A stretch of 64,000 bases of DNA from an uncultured Kiritimatiellota bacterium (GTDB lineage Bacteria; Verrucomicrobiota; Kiritimatiellia; RFP12; UBA1067). The notes under the pieces are model-generated. The model was given only the letters and a program-made list of their open reading frames with translations. It did no database searches and was not told where the DNA came from. Below, one piece after another: positions 8,782 through 18,465 of the stretch. Made by a program: the position numbers and the translations under genes. Every line of letters begins with the position of its first letter. The stretch's first letter is position 1. The stretch spans positions 640 through 64,639 of the forward strand of contig CAKURH010000004.1 of assembly GCA_934675625.1 (NCBI GenBank), read 5' to 3'.

Positions 8782-9204
8782 ATGGCGTCTTTCAACAAAG
8801 TGATCCTGATGGGCAACCTCACGCGCGACCCGGACGTGCGCGTGACCGGCACGAGCGGCATGAAGGTCGCGCGCCTCGGTCTCGCCATCAACGAGCGCCG
8901 GAGGGACCGCAACGGCAACGTGCAGGACTTTCCCGTGTTCGTCGATGTCGACGCCTGGGACAAGCTTGCCGAGCTCTGCGGACAGTACCTGTCGAAGGGA
9001 AGTTCCGTTCTCGTCGACGGTCGGCTCCAGATGGACTGCTGGGAGAAGGACGGCGTCAAGCACCAGAAGCTCAAGGTGCGCGCGAGCACGATCAAGTTTC
9101 TGCCGAAGGGCGACCGCCTTGGAGGCGGTCCGAAGCAGCCCGTGGCGGAGCCGGTGGTCGCGTCCGAGGCGTCCGAGGGCGATTCCTCTGACATTCCGTT
9201 CTAA
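8782..9204 (+). CDS. ssb: single-stranded DNA-binding protein
   Basis: MASFNKVILMGNLTRDP opens the OB fold, and the acidic tail ends DIPF. The ATG at 8782 is preceded by GAGGGAG. Confidence 0.9.
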   Translation: MASFNKVILMGNLTRDPDVRVTGTSGMKVARLGLAINERRRDRNGNVQDFPVFVDVDAWDKLAELCGQYLSKGSSVLVDGRLQMDCWEKDGVKHQKLKVRASTIKFLPKGDRLGGGPKQPVAEPVVASEASEGDSSDIPF

Positions 9205-9231
9205 TCAACTTCAATCGTAAGGAAACCGAAA

Positions 9232-9462
9232 ATGGCTTTCAAGAAATCCAACAGCTCGGCCGGCGAGGAGTTCGCCGCGAGGAAGCGTCCGCCGCTCCGC
9301 AAGAGCGACGCGATCGACGTCAACGACATCGAGACGCTGAAGTACTACATCACCGACTACGGCAAGATCCTGCCGGCGCGCATCACGGGGGTGACCTCGC
9401 AGCAGCAGCGCCAGATCCGCCAGGGCGTCAAGCGCGCCCGCAACATGGGCCTCATGGCCTAA
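9232..9462 (+). CDS. rpsR: 30S ribosomal protein S18
   Basis: Contains ..DYGKILPARITGVTSQQQRQI..AVKRARNMGLM; synteny supports the call. Confidence 0.9.
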   Translation: MAFKKSNSSAGEEFAARKRPPLRKSDAIDVNDIETLKYYITDYGKILPARITGVTSQQQRQIRQGVKRARNMGLMA

Positions 9463-9478
9463 GGGAAGGAGCAGACAA

Positions 9479-9955
9479 ATGGCACAGCACATCGAAGTCA
9501 TGCTCATGGACAGCGTGAAGAAGCTCGGCAAGGCCGGCGAGATCGTCAAGGTCGCCCCCGGCTACGCCCGCAACTACCTCTTCACGAAGGGACTCGCCGC
9601 CGTCGCGACGGAAGCCGCGAAGCGCCGCCTGAAGAAGCTCGAGGCCGAGCGCGCCGCGCGCGCCGCCGAGGAGAAGAAGGCCGCGCTCGAACTTGCCAAG
9701 AAGCTCGAGAAGCTGGAGATCACCGTTTCCGCCCACACGACGGACGGCAAGAAGCTCTACGGCGCGGTCAGCGTCACGGACATCCTCGCGGCGATCGAGG
9801 CGAACCGCGGCGTCAAGATCGAGCGTCATCAGCTCGAGCTCGACGACGCGCTCCGCGAAGTCGGCGTCTACGAGCCGAAGATCGACCTTGGGCGTGGCGT
9901 CACGGTCAAGTTCAAGATCGTCATTCTCGACGAGGAGGCGCCGCAGGAGGCGTGA
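9479..9955 (+). CDS. rplI: 50S ribosomal protein L9
   Basis: Contains ..KLGKAGEIVKVAPGYARNYL; synteny supports the call. Confidence 0.9.
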   Translation: MAQHIEVMLMDSVKKLGKAGEIVKVAPGYARNYLFTKGLAAVATEAAKRRLKKLEAERAARAAEEKKAALELAKKLEKLEITVSAHTTDGKKLYGAVSVTDILAAIEANRGVKIERHQLELDDALREVGVYEPKIDLGRGVTVKFKIVILDEEAPQEA

Positions 9956-11769
9956 CGAAACTCGACGAGAAATGGAAACTCACGCGGGAGACGGTCGGCA
10001 ACGGCCGTCTCTCCGTAATCATGCCCCTCTACCGACTCGCTGCCGAGGCCGAGGGGAACCTGCGCGCCGTCGCCGAGCTGTTCGAGCGCCACGGCGTCGA
10101 GACGGAACTCGTGCCCGTCGATGACGGCAGCGGCGACGGAACGGACGCGATTCTCCGGGGCTTCAGCACGGCTGGGTATGCGCACGTCACGCTGAAGCCC
10201 GTCGTCTGCCCGCGCAACGGCGGCAAGGGCGCCGCGCTCCGGGCTGGGTTCGAGGCGTCGACCGGCCGCTACGTGATGCTCCTCGACGGCGACCTCGACA
10301 TCAACCCCCAGCAGACGCCGCAGTTCTTCGAGCAGATGGCCGTCAAGGCGGCGGACATCGTTGTCGGCTCCAAGCGCCATCCGCGCTCCGTCGTGCAGTA
10401 TCCGTGGCACCGGCGGCTCGTGAGCTTCTGCTATTTCACGCTCGTGCGCCTCGCGTTCGGTCTCAAGATCACCGACACGCAGACGGGCATGAAGCTCTTC
10501 AGGCGCGAGATCCTCGGCTACGCGCTGGAGCGGATGCTCGTGAAGGCGTATGCGTTCGACCTGGAGCTTCTCGCCATCGCCGCGCAGCGGGGCGCGAAGA
10601 TTGCCGAGGCTCCCGTCGTCATCAAGTTCGGCAACAAGTTCGGCGCGCTCAAGGCCGAAACCGTCTACAAGATGGTGATGGACACGCTGGCCGTCTTCTA
10701 CCGGCTTCGGATCCTCGACTACTACTCGAAATGCCTCATCCCGCAGAAGCTCGACCGAGAGCCGCTCGTCTCGATCGTGATTGCCTGCCCGAAGACGAGC
10801 GTCCTGCTCGACGAATGCCTCGCGGCGATCAGGGGCCAGAGCTACGCGAACTGGGAGGTCATCGTCCTTCCCGACGGACAGTCGGCTGACGCGGCGGCGA
10901 CCGACGACGCGCGCGTCCGCTATCTCCCGACGGGCAAGGTGCGCCCGGCCGAGAAGCGAAACCTCGGCATCCGCGCGGCGAAGGGCGAGATTGTCGCGTT
11001 CATCGACGACGACGCCTACCCCGACGCGCACTGGATCGAATACGCCGTGAAGTATTTCGGCGACCGCGACATCGGCGCGGTGGGCGGGCCCGGCGTGACG
11101 CCGCCCGGCGACAGCCGCCGCGCCGCGCTTGGCGGACGCGTTTACGACAGCTTCCTCGTCTCCGGCAACTACAACTACCGTTACCGCGCGGGCGGCGTGC
11201 GAAAGGACGTCGACGACTATCCGAGCTGCAACCTGTTCGTCCGAAAGGATGTCCTTGACAAGATTGGCGGCTATCGCACGGACTTCTGGCCGGGGGAGGA
11301 CACGCTGCTCTGCAAGGACATCATCGACAGCTGGAAGCGCATCGTCTACGATCCGTGGGTGATTGTCTACCACCATCGGCGTCCGCTCTTCCTGCCGCAT
11401 CTCCGGCAGCTGGGCCGCTATGGCTTCCACCGGGGCTATTTCTGCAAGCGGTTCCCGTCGAACTCGCGGCGGTTCGCGTATTTCGTGCCGACGCTCTTCG
11501 ACGGCTATCTCGTCGGGCTTGCGCTGGTCGCGGGCGGCACGGCGGCGGGGGGGCTCCCCGCGTCCGCGCTTGCCGTGTGCGGCGCGCCGTTGGCGCTCTA
11601 CTTCGCCTTGGTGGCGGTCTCGTCGTTTAGCCTGAAGCCGCTGGACGCTCTGTTCGTGGCGTTTGGCATTGTCGCGAGTCATGTCTGGTACGGCGTCCAG
11701 TTCCTGCGCGGACTCTGCGCGGATCGTGCGCCCTGCGAATACATTGGCAAGGATCATGCCCTCAGGTGA
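9952..11769 (+). CDS. membrane-anchored protein with two tandem family-2 glycosyltransferase domains
   Basis: A GTGA overlap with rplI. The first GT2 domain shows LSVIMPLY..DDGSGDGT..LDGDLD and the second shows VSIVIAC..FIDDDAYPD. The C-terminus is hydrophobic. Confidence 0.75.
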   Translation: MTKLDEKWKLTRETVGNGRLSVIMPLYRLAAEAEGNLRAVAELFERHGVETELVPVDDGSGDGTDAILRGFSTAGYAHVTLKPVVCPRNGGKGAALRAGFEASTGRYVMLLDGDLDINPQQTPQFFEQMAVKAADIVVGSKRHPRSVVQYPWHRRLVSFCYFTLVRLAFGLKITDTQTGMKLFRREILGYALERMLVKAYAFDLELLAIAAQRGAKIAEAPVVIKFGNKFGALKAETVYKMVMDTLAVFYRLRILDYYSKCLIPQKLDREPLVSIVIACPKTSVLLDECLAAIRGQSYANWEVIVLPDGQSADAAATDDARVRYLPTGKVRPAEKRNLGIRAAKGEIVAFIDDDAYPDAHWIEYAVKYFGDRDIGAVGGPGVTPPGDSRRAALGGRVYDSFLVSGNYNYRYRAGGVRKDVDDYPSCNLFVRKDVLDKIGGYRTDFWPGEDTLLCKDIIDSWKRIVYDPWVIVYHHRRPLFLPHLRQLGRYGFHRGYFCKRFPSNSRRFAYFVPTLFDGYLVGLALVAGGTAAGGLPASALAVCGAPLALYFALVAVSSFSLKPLDALFVAFGIVASHVWYGVQFLRGLCADRAPCEYIGKDHALR

Positions 11770-11781
11770 AAGGAACTTCAA

Positions 11782-12390
11782 ATGCGTGAACTGATTTGGA
11801 TTGTTGCGGCCTATCTCGTCGGCGGAATTCCGTTCGGCTACCTGATCGGTCGCCTGCGCGGCGTGGACGTGCGGACGGTCGGCTCGAAGAACATCGGCGC
11901 GACGAACGTCTTCCGCACGGTCGGCAAGAAGTGGGGGCTTCTCGCTTTCGCGTGCGATGTCCTCAAGGGACTTCTGCCGACGCTCGCGGCGAAGGCGTAC
12001 GGCGGCCCGGCGCTCTGGGTCGGCGTCGCGTGCGTCGTCGGTCACATGCTCACGCCCTACATGAAGTTCAAGGGCGGCAAAGGCGTGGCGACGGCGTTCG
12101 GCATGCTGATCGGCCTCATTCCCGGACTGGTCGGCGCGGCGTTCGCGCTCTTTGCGGTCGTCTTCGCCTGCTCGCACTACATTTCGCTCGGCAGCTGCTC
12201 GGCGGCCGCGTTTCTCGCGGTCGCAATCTGGTTTCCGGTGCTTGGCGCGGAGGGCGCGGCGAACCTGCCGCAGTGCGTCCTCGTCACGCTGATTGCGCTC
12301 TTCGTCGTCTGGAAGCACCGCGCGAACATCGGTCGTCTCGTGCGCGGCACGGAAAGCAAGATCTACCTCTTCCGAAAGCGTCCATTTTGA
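11782..12390 (+). CDS. plsY: glycerol-3-phosphate acyltransferase PlsY
   Basis: AAYLVGGIPFGYLIGR..GSKNIGATNVFR is the hallmark of PlsY. Confidence 0.9.
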   Translation: MRELIWIVAAYLVGGIPFGYLIGRLRGVDVRTVGSKNIGATNVFRTVGKKWGLLAFACDVLKGLLPTLAAKAYGGPALWVGVACVVGHMLTPYMKFKGGKGVATAFGMLIGLIPGLVGAAFALFAVVFACSHYISLGSCSAAAFLAVAIWFPVLGAEGAANLPQCVLVTLIALFVVWKHRANIGRLVRGTESKIYLFRKRPF

Positions 12391-12869
12391 AAATCCTCTT
12401 CCTTTGTCACGGGAACATCTGCCGTTCGCCGATGGCGGAGTTCGTCATGAAAGACCTCGTGCGGCGCGCGGGGTGCACGGACATCGGAGTCGAATCCGCC
12501 GCGCTGCACACGGACGAGATCGGCAACGACATCCATCCGGGCACGCGCGCCAAGCTGCGCGAGAAGGGCATTCCCTTTGCGCCGCGCGCGGCGTGGCTCC
12601 TGACGGCGGCGAAGGCGCGCGAATATGATCTGCTCATCGGAATGGACGCCTACAACATCGCAGACTTGAATCGTCTCGTCTATCCGGAGGATCGTCCGAA
12701 GATCCACCGGCTGCTGGCGTTCGCCGGAACGGCGCGCGACATCGCCGACCCATGGTACACCGGCAATTTCGACGCGACCTACGACGATGTTGCCGAAGGG
12801 TGCGCGGCGTTGCTGAAGCAGCTGCGTTTCACGTGCCCGGCCCATGTAGGCGCCACTGCGTCGGCGTGA
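12387..12869 (+). CDS. low-molecular-weight protein-tyrosine/arsenate-type phosphatase
   Basis: The TTG start overlaps the plsY stop. The CX5R(S) active site is LFLCHGNICRSP, and the DPWY motif is present. Confidence 0.8.
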   Translation: MKILFLCHGNICRSPMAEFVMKDLVRRAGCTDIGVESAALHTDEIGNDIHPGTRAKLREKGIPFAPRAAWLLTAAKAREYDLLIGMDAYNIADLNRLVYPEDRPKIHRLLAFAGTARDIADPWYTGNFDATYDDVAEGCAALLKQLRFTCPAHVGATASA

Positions 12870-13710
12870 AGCCGGTGTGGCGGCGGAAGGCGGCGATGAA
12901 ATACTGCGGGGAGGCGAACCCCGTCTCCGCCGCGATTTGCGCGACCGGAAGGGCGGTCGCGCGCAGCTTCTTCTGCGCCTGGCGGATGCGGAATCGGCCG
13001 AGCCAGTCCGAGGGCGTCAGGCCCGTGTGCGCCTTGAAGAGCGTGAAGAAGCGCGACTTCGAATAGCCCATGTAGGCGACGAGGCGGTCGATGCGGACGT
13101 TCTCGGCGTGGTGGACCTTCAGCCATTCGACGGCTTCCGCCATGAGGCGCGTCGACCCCTGGACGACGGGTGTGCGGCGCGGATCGGCCGCCCGGAGCAG
13201 GATTAGCGTCGCGACGGTGCGCGCGAGCGCGGTCTCGGTTGCCGAGAGGCTGCGCGCGCCGCGCGCGGCATAGCCGTCGAGTTCGGCGAAGAGCGCGGCG
13301 AGCTCCTTCGAGACGGGAATCGGGCGGCAGCGGCGCGTCAGCAGCTGCGCGACCAGGTCGCGGTAGACGCGGGAGGCGAGGCCGGCGAGCCGGAGGCGTC
13401 GCGTGTGCGGATGGGCGAGCAGCAGCTCGACGCGGTGTCCGGCCGGGTCGATCGCCTGGACGTGCCGGTGCGGGAGCCCGGCGGGGATGACGATGAAGTG
13501 CCCCGCCGGCAGGATCACGCTTTCGCGCGCCTCGAACTCGTAGCCGAACTCGCCCTTGATGCAGCAGAGCAGCTGGATCGCGTCGTGCGTGTGCCAGAAG
13601 GAGCCCGTCGCGGAAAGCGACTTGAGATGGCGGACGCCCTTCAGCCAGCCGAGCTGGAGGTGGCGTTCGTCGAGATCCGAGGGCTGTTGTCCGTAGCGTT
13701 CCGTTTCCAT
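12829..13710 (-). CDS. AraC-family transcriptional regulator (cupin sensor + HTH)
   Basis: An N-terminal cupin-like region (..FIVIPAGLPHRH) is followed by a C-terminal AraC HTH (..FASPQYFIAAFRRHTGFTPTQWR). The gene is divergent from uxaC. Confidence 0.85.
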   Translation of the reverse strand: METERYGQQPSDLDERHLQLGWLKGVRHLKSLSATGSFWHTHDAIQLLCCIKGEFGYEFEARESVILPAGHFIVIPAGLPHRHVQAIDPAGHRVELLLAHPHTRRLRLAGLASRVYRDLVAQLLTRRCRPIPVSKELAALFAELDGYAARGARSLSATETALARTVATLILLRAADPRRTPVVQGSTRLMAEAVEWLKVHHAENVRIDRLVAYMGYSKSRFFTLFKAHTGLTPSDWLGRFRIRQAQKKLRATALPVAQIAAETGFASPQYFIAAFRRHTGFTPTQWRLHGPGT

Positions 13711-13716
13711 GCGCGT

Positions 13717-13725
13717 ATTGTATCA
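13717..13725 (-). promoter_or_regulatory. extended -10 element TGATACAAT (minus strand), 6 nt upstream of ATG 13710 (leaderless type)
   Basis: The reverse complement of 13717-13725 reads TGATACAAT. Confidence 0.45.
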
Positions 13726-13782
13726 TAATTGATTAAGATTTTGTCCACTGGAATTTTCGCGTTGCCGTTTGCGGCGGGATTG

Positions 13783-13791
13783 TGCTATAAT
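13783..13791 (+). promoter_or_regulatory. extended -10 element TGCTATAAT, 7 nt upstream of ATG 13799 (leaderless type)
   Basis: TGnTATAAT match, divergent from the AraC promoter 58 bp away. Confidence 0.55.
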
Positions 13792-13798
13792 GCGCCCC

Positions 13799-15202
13799 AT
13801 GAAAATGAAGTACATGGGTTCTGACTTTCTGCTCGACACGGACGCCGCGCGCGAACTGTACCATCGTCACGCGGCGAAGATGCCGATCATCGACTACCAC
13901 TGCCACCTGCCGCCGAAGGAGATCGCCGACGACGTGCGGTGGTCTGACATCGCGCAGGTCTGGCTCGGCGGCGACCACTACAAGTGGCGCCAGATGCGCT
14001 CGAACGGCGTCGACGAGCGCTACTGCACGGGCGACGCGCCGTGGCACGACAAGTTCGTCAAGTTCGCCGAGACGATGGAGCGCCTCGTCAAGAACCCGCT
14101 CTTCGACTGGTCGCACCTCGAGCTCGCGCGCTACTTCGGCGTGAACGAGCGGCTGTGCGGCGCGTCGGCCGAGCGCATCTGGAAGAAGTGCAACGCGAAG
14201 CTGAAGCAGAAGGGCTTTTCCGCGCGTGGCCTCATGAAGAAGTCGAACGTCGACGTCGTCTGCACGACGGACGATCCGGTCGACTCGCTCGAGCACCACC
14301 TCGCGATCGCGAAGGCGCCGTTCGGCACGAAGATCCTTCCGGCGTGGCGGTCCGACAAGGCCTCGAAGATCGACAGCCTCCTGGCCTGGAACGCCTGGAT
14401 GGACCGGCTCGCGGCGGCGGCGAAGATGCCCGTGAAGACGTACGACGACTTCCTCGGCGCGATGGCGAAGCGCCACGCCTTCTTCGCGAAGGCGGGCTGC
14501 GTCGTCTCCGACTACGGCATCACCGAGGTCTTCGCCGCGCCCTACACGGACGCCGAGGTCGCGAAGATCTTCAAGAAGGCGCGCGCGGGGCGTGCCGTCA
14601 CGGCCGAGGAGGCCCTGAAATTCAAGAGCGCGTGGCTCTACGAGGGGCTGAAGGCCGACGCGGCGGCGAACTGGACGGCGCAGCTGCACTACAACTGCCT
14701 GCGGGACAACAACTCGAAGATGTTCGAGAAGCTGGGGCCCGACACGGGCTTCGACTGCATCGGCGACTGGAGCGTGACCGAGTCACTGTCGCGCCTCTTC
14801 GACCGGCTGGAGCGGGCGGACGCGCTGCCGCGCACGATCCTCTACTCGCTCAACCCGAAGGACAACGAGATGCTCGCGACGCTGATGGGCTGCTTCCAGA
14901 AGGGGCCGACGCGCGGCAAGCTGCAGCTCGGCTCGGGCTGGTGGTTCCTCGACCAGAAGGACGGCATGAAGAAGCAGATCGAGGCCCTGTCGGCGCTCGG
15001 CTGCCTCGGCAACTTCGTCGGCATGCTCACCGACTCGCGCAGCTTCCTCAGCTACACGCGCCACGAGTACTTCCGCCGCATCCTCTGCCAGAAGCTCGGC
15101 CGCGAGGTCGAGAAGGGCGAGATTCCGGACGATCTCGACTGGCTCGGCGGCCTCGTCGAGGACATCTCCTACAACAACGCGAAGCGCTACTTCGGGTTCT
15201 AA
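13799..15202 (+). CDS. uxaC: glucuronate (uronate) isomerase
   Basis: FLLDTDAARELYH..MPIIDYHCHLPP and the overall length are typical of UxaC. The start was set at the ATG that follows the -10 element. Confidence 0.9.
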   Translation: MKMKYMGSDFLLDTDAARELYHRHAAKMPIIDYHCHLPPKEIADDVRWSDIAQVWLGGDHYKWRQMRSNGVDERYCTGDAPWHDKFVKFAETMERLVKNPLFDWSHLELARYFGVNERLCGASAERIWKKCNAKLKQKGFSARGLMKKSNVDVVCTTDDPVDSLEHHLAIAKAPFGTKILPAWRSDKASKIDSLLAWNAWMDRLAAAAKMPVKTYDDFLGAMAKRHAFFAKAGCVVSDYGITEVFAAPYTDAEVAKIFKKARAGRAVTAEEALKFKSAWLYEGLKADAAANWTAQLHYNCLRDNNSKMFEKLGPDTGFDCIGDWSVTESLSRLFDRLERADALPRTILYSLNPKDNEMLATLMGCFQKGPTRGKLQLGSGWWFLDQKDGMKKQIEALSALGCLGNFVGMLTDSRSFLSYTRHEYFRRILCQKLGREVEKGEIPDDLDWLGGLVEDISYNNAKRYFGF

Positions 15203-15222
15203 CCATTCAAGTCTAATCGAAA

Positions 15223-16695
15223 GTGAGTCACATGCAAAGAAGAGAGTTCATTCGGAATGCGTTCGCCGCCGGCGCGGCGCCGCTGCTGTTCAGCGGCTGC
15301 GCGACGGGCTTCGTCGCGAACCGCAAGATCAACGTCGGCGTCATCGGCTACGGTCGCATCGCGCACACGATGGACGTCCCGGGCGTCCAGCAGTTCACCG
15401 GCCGTTGCGTCATCACGGCCGTCGCCGATCTCGACGCGAAGCGCGCGGCCTACGGCAAGAAGGTGATTGAGGAGCGGTACGCGAAGCTGGGCGTCACGCA
15501 GGCCGTCCGCACGTACGGCGACTACCGCGAGATGATCGCCGACCCGTCGATTGACGCCGTGCTCCTCTGCATCCCCGACCACCAGCACGCGATCGTCGCG
15601 ACGGACTGCCTGCTCGCGGGCAAGCACATCTACCTGCAGAAGCCGTTCGCGCAGACGATCCAGGAGGGCCGCGTCGTCGCCAACCTCGCGACGATGAAGG
15701 GCCTCGTCGTCCAGGTCGGCGCGTGGCAGCGTTCGCGTCCCCAGTTCCGCAAGGTCGTGCAGCTCGTCCGCAATGGCCGTCTCGGCGCGATCTCGCGCGT
15801 GGAGGTCGGCATCGGCCTCGACAAGTCGGGCGGCTGCCGCACACCGGAGCCGGTGCCCGCGAACCTCAACTACGACGCCTGGCTCGGGCCGACGGACCCG
15901 ACGGCGCCGTACAACTGGACGCGCGTCCACACGCAGGACCTCAAGCGCATCGGCGACCGTCCGGGGTGGATCCAGCTCGCGCCGTACGGCTGGGGCATGA
16001 TCACGAACTGGGGCGCGCACCATCTCGACATCACGGCGTGGGGCCTCAACTGCGATCCCCGCGCCGTCTCCGGCACGTGCGAATGGATGGATCTCTCCGG
16101 CACGAAGCTCTGGAACGTCCACACGACCTATGACCTTCACTACGACTGCGGCGGCACGGACGTGCACGTCAACAACAAGTTCCAGATGGGCGTGAAGTTC
16201 ATCGGCGAGAACGGCGACTGGCTCTGGTGCACGCGCGGCGCGATGAAGGTGACGCCGAGCGACCCCGAACCGAAGGTCGCGCCGGGCATGCTCGGCCCGA
16301 TCGCCGCGTCGCGGCCGGAGCTGCTCGCCGACCTCAAGCCCAGCGAGATCGTCGACGACGCGCTCGCGCACGGCGGCGAGAAGTTCCGCACGGTCGCCGA
16401 CCACTTCGAGAACTGGCTGGAGGCGATCGCGCGCGAGGATCCGCGCTACACGGTCGCGACGGCCGAGGAGGCGCACCGCTCGACGGCGTTCTGCTCGCTC
16501 GGGCGGATGTGCATGGAGCTTGGGCGCGGCAAGGCCGGCGGCGCGACGCTCGCCTGGGACGCGGCGCGCGAGGTCTCCGGCAACCCGGCGGCGGACGCGA
16601 TGCTGACGCCGTTCGCGCGCGGGAAGTACGACCTGCGTCCGGCCCTCGCGGCGGCGGGGCTCGACTACCAAAAGATGATCAAGCCGCTCGCCTGA
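15223..16695 (+). CDS. Gfo/Idh/MocA-family oxidoreductase with twin-arginine signal
   Basis: The TAT motif QRREFIRN is followed by ..FSGC, and the Rossmann fold starts at KINVGVIGYGRIA. Confidence 0.8.
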   Translation: MSHMQRREFIRNAFAAGAAPLLFSGCATGFVANRKINVGVIGYGRIAHTMDVPGVQQFTGRCVITAVADLDAKRAAYGKKVIEERYAKLGVTQAVRTYGDYREMIADPSIDAVLLCIPDHQHAIVATDCLLAGKHIYLQKPFAQTIQEGRVVANLATMKGLVVQVGAWQRSRPQFRKVVQLVRNGRLGAISRVEVGIGLDKSGGCRTPEPVPANLNYDAWLGPTDPTAPYNWTRVHTQDLKRIGDRPGWIQLAPYGWGMITNWGAHHLDITAWGLNCDPRAVSGTCEWMDLSGTKLWNVHTTYDLHYDCGGTDVHVNNKFQMGVKFIGENGDWLWCTRGAMKVTPSDPEPKVAPGMLGPIAASRPELLADLKPSEIVDDALAHGGEKFRTVADHFENWLEAIAREDPRYTVATAEEAHRSTAFCSLGRMCMELGRGKAGGATLAWDAAREVSGNPAADAMLTPFARGKYDLRPALAAAGLDYQKMIKPLA

Positions 16696-16733
16696 TACGA
16701 GACAACACCAACAAAACCAAGGAACATTCAACC

Positions 16734-18464
16734 ATGAAGCAGAAACTCAGTCTTGCGTCCGCCGCCGCCCTCGCGGCGTTCGCGTCCGTCGCCGCCCCCA
16801 CGCCCGCCTGCCCCTGCGCGGAGAAGGGGACGTGCGTGTGCCGGCCCGCCTATGTCGCCGTGGAGGACACGTCGGGCCAGAAGGCGTGGAAGATGTCGTT
16901 CAGGCTCGGCCTCGCCGGCTACACCATGCACAAGAAGAGCCTCGACGAGACGCTGGAGATCATGCGCGCGGTCGACCTGCACTATCTCTGCGTGAAGGAC
17001 TTCCACCTCAAGTACACCGCGACGGACGACGAGATCGCGGCGTTCAAGGCGAAGTGCGCGAAGTTCGGCGTCACGCCCTACGCGCTCGGCCCGCTCTACA
17101 CGAAGAGCAACGAGGAGGTGCGCGGCTACTTCGAGTTCGCCCGCCGCTTCGGCGCGAAGGTCATCGTCGGCGTGCCCTACGAGGTCGCGCCCGGCCGGCC
17201 GGACAAGTGGACGGAGCGCATCGGCTCGCGCAAGCAGCTGGAGTACATCGACTCGCTCGTCAAGGAGTTCGACATCCGCTACGCGATCCACAACCACGGG
17301 CCGAACGCCCCGCAGATGTTCCCGGACGTCGCGTACGGCTACAGCCTCGTGAAGGACCTCGACCCGCGCATCGGCTTCTGCATGGACATCGGCTGGGAGT
17401 TCGGCTGCGACCGCGATCCGGCGGAGACGATCCGCAAGTACGGCGACCGCATCTTCGACCTGCACGTGAAGAACTTCGCGCTCAACCTGCCCGGCGCGCA
17501 GAAGATCGGCAAGAACAGCTTCACGACCGTGCCGCTGCCGCGCGGCGCGATTGACTACGGCCCGGTCTTCAAGGCGTTGGCCGAGATCGGCTACGACGGC
17601 GTCGCCTCGTTCGAGTACGAGCGCGACTTCGAGAATAATCTGGAGGGGCTCGCCGAGTCCGTCGGCTACGCGCGCGGCGTGTGCGACACGGTGCGCGTCT
17701 CGCCGAAGATGCAGCCCGTGCCCGCCGGCGCGAACACGCTCACGGCGGCGGAGAAGGCCGAGGGCTGGACGCTCCTCTTCGACGGCCAGAACCTGCCGAC
17801 GGACACGTTCGTCGGCGTCAAGAAGGAATACGGCTTCAAAACGTTTCCGATGAAGGGCTGGTTCGTCAAGGACGGGTGCCTGACGATGCGGCCGGTGAAC
17901 GGCATCGCGAACGGCAAGTGGTTTCCGCTGCCGCCGGAGGACCAGAAGCTCGGCGGCGGAGGCGACATCGCGACGGTGAAGAAGTACCGCGACTTTGCGT
18001 TCTCGTTCGACTTCCGCCTGACCGAGGCGGCGAACTCGGGCGTCAAGTACTTCCTCGACGAGACGCAGAACCGCGGCACGTGCGAGGAGTACCAGATTCT
18101 GGAGAACGGCCACCCCGACTCCTCGAAGGGCGTGGACGGCAACCGCAAGGCCGCGTCGCTCTACGACATCATCCCCGCGCACGCCGACGGCCTTCTGAAG
18201 GGCATCGGGCAGTGGAACACCGGCAAGGTCGTCGCGAAGGGCGGCAAGGTCGAGCATTGGCTCAACGGCGTGAAGGTACTGGAGTACACGTGCGGCTCGC
18301 CCGCGTTCAAGGCGGCCGTGCGCGCGTCGAAGTACGCGACGTGGGGCCAGACGGCGGACGGCAAGCCGCAGGACTGGGGCGAGATTCCCGAAGGGCGCCT
18401 GCTCTTGCAGGATCATTCGGACTCGACCGTCTCGTTCTGCAACCTGAAGGTCAAGGAACTCTAA
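16734..18464 (+). CDS. secreted sugar-phosphate isomerase/epimerase (xylose-isomerase-like TIM barrel) fused to a DUF1080 domain
   Basis: A signal peptide is followed by a TIM-barrel region (..AIHNHGP..DLHVKNF..). The C-terminal part (GWTLLFDGQNL..WFVKDGCL..NSGVKYF..EYQILEN..GQWNTGKVVAKGGKVEHWLNG) is typical of DUF1080. Confidence 0.7.
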   Translation: MKQKLSLASAAALAAFASVAAPTPACPCAEKGTCVCRPAYVAVEDTSGQKAWKMSFRLGLAGYTMHKKSLDETLEIMRAVDLHYLCVKDFHLKYTATDDEIAAFKAKCAKFGVTPYALGPLYTKSNEEVRGYFEFARRFGAKVIVGVPYEVAPGRPDKWTERIGSRKQLEYIDSLVKEFDIRYAIHNHGPNAPQMFPDVAYGYSLVKDLDPRIGFCMDIGWEFGCDRDPAETIRKYGDRIFDLHVKNFALNLPGAQKIGKNSFTTVPLPRGAIDYGPVFKALAEIGYDGVASFEYERDFENNLEGLAESVGYARGVCDTVRVSPKMQPVPAGANTLTAAEKAEGWTLLFDGQNLPTDTFVGVKKEYGFKTFPMKGWFVKDGCLTMRPVNGIANGKWFPLPPEDQKLGGGGDIATVKKYRDFAFSFDFRLTEAANSGVKYFLDETQNRGTCEEYQILENGHPDSSKGVDGNRKAASLYDIIPAHADGLLKGIGQWNTGKVVAKGGKVEHWLNGVKVLEYTCGSPAFKAAVRASKYATWGQTADGKPQDWGEIPEGRLLLQDHSDSTVSFCNLKVKEL

Positions 18465-18465
18465 G

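Noticed and set aside
9868-12318. 816-aa minus-strand ORF opposite the GT2 and plsY genes
   Set aside because: Same reasoning as for 4822-7437: a GC-driven open antisense frame with an Arg/Glu-rich translation, opposite genes that carry clear family motifs.
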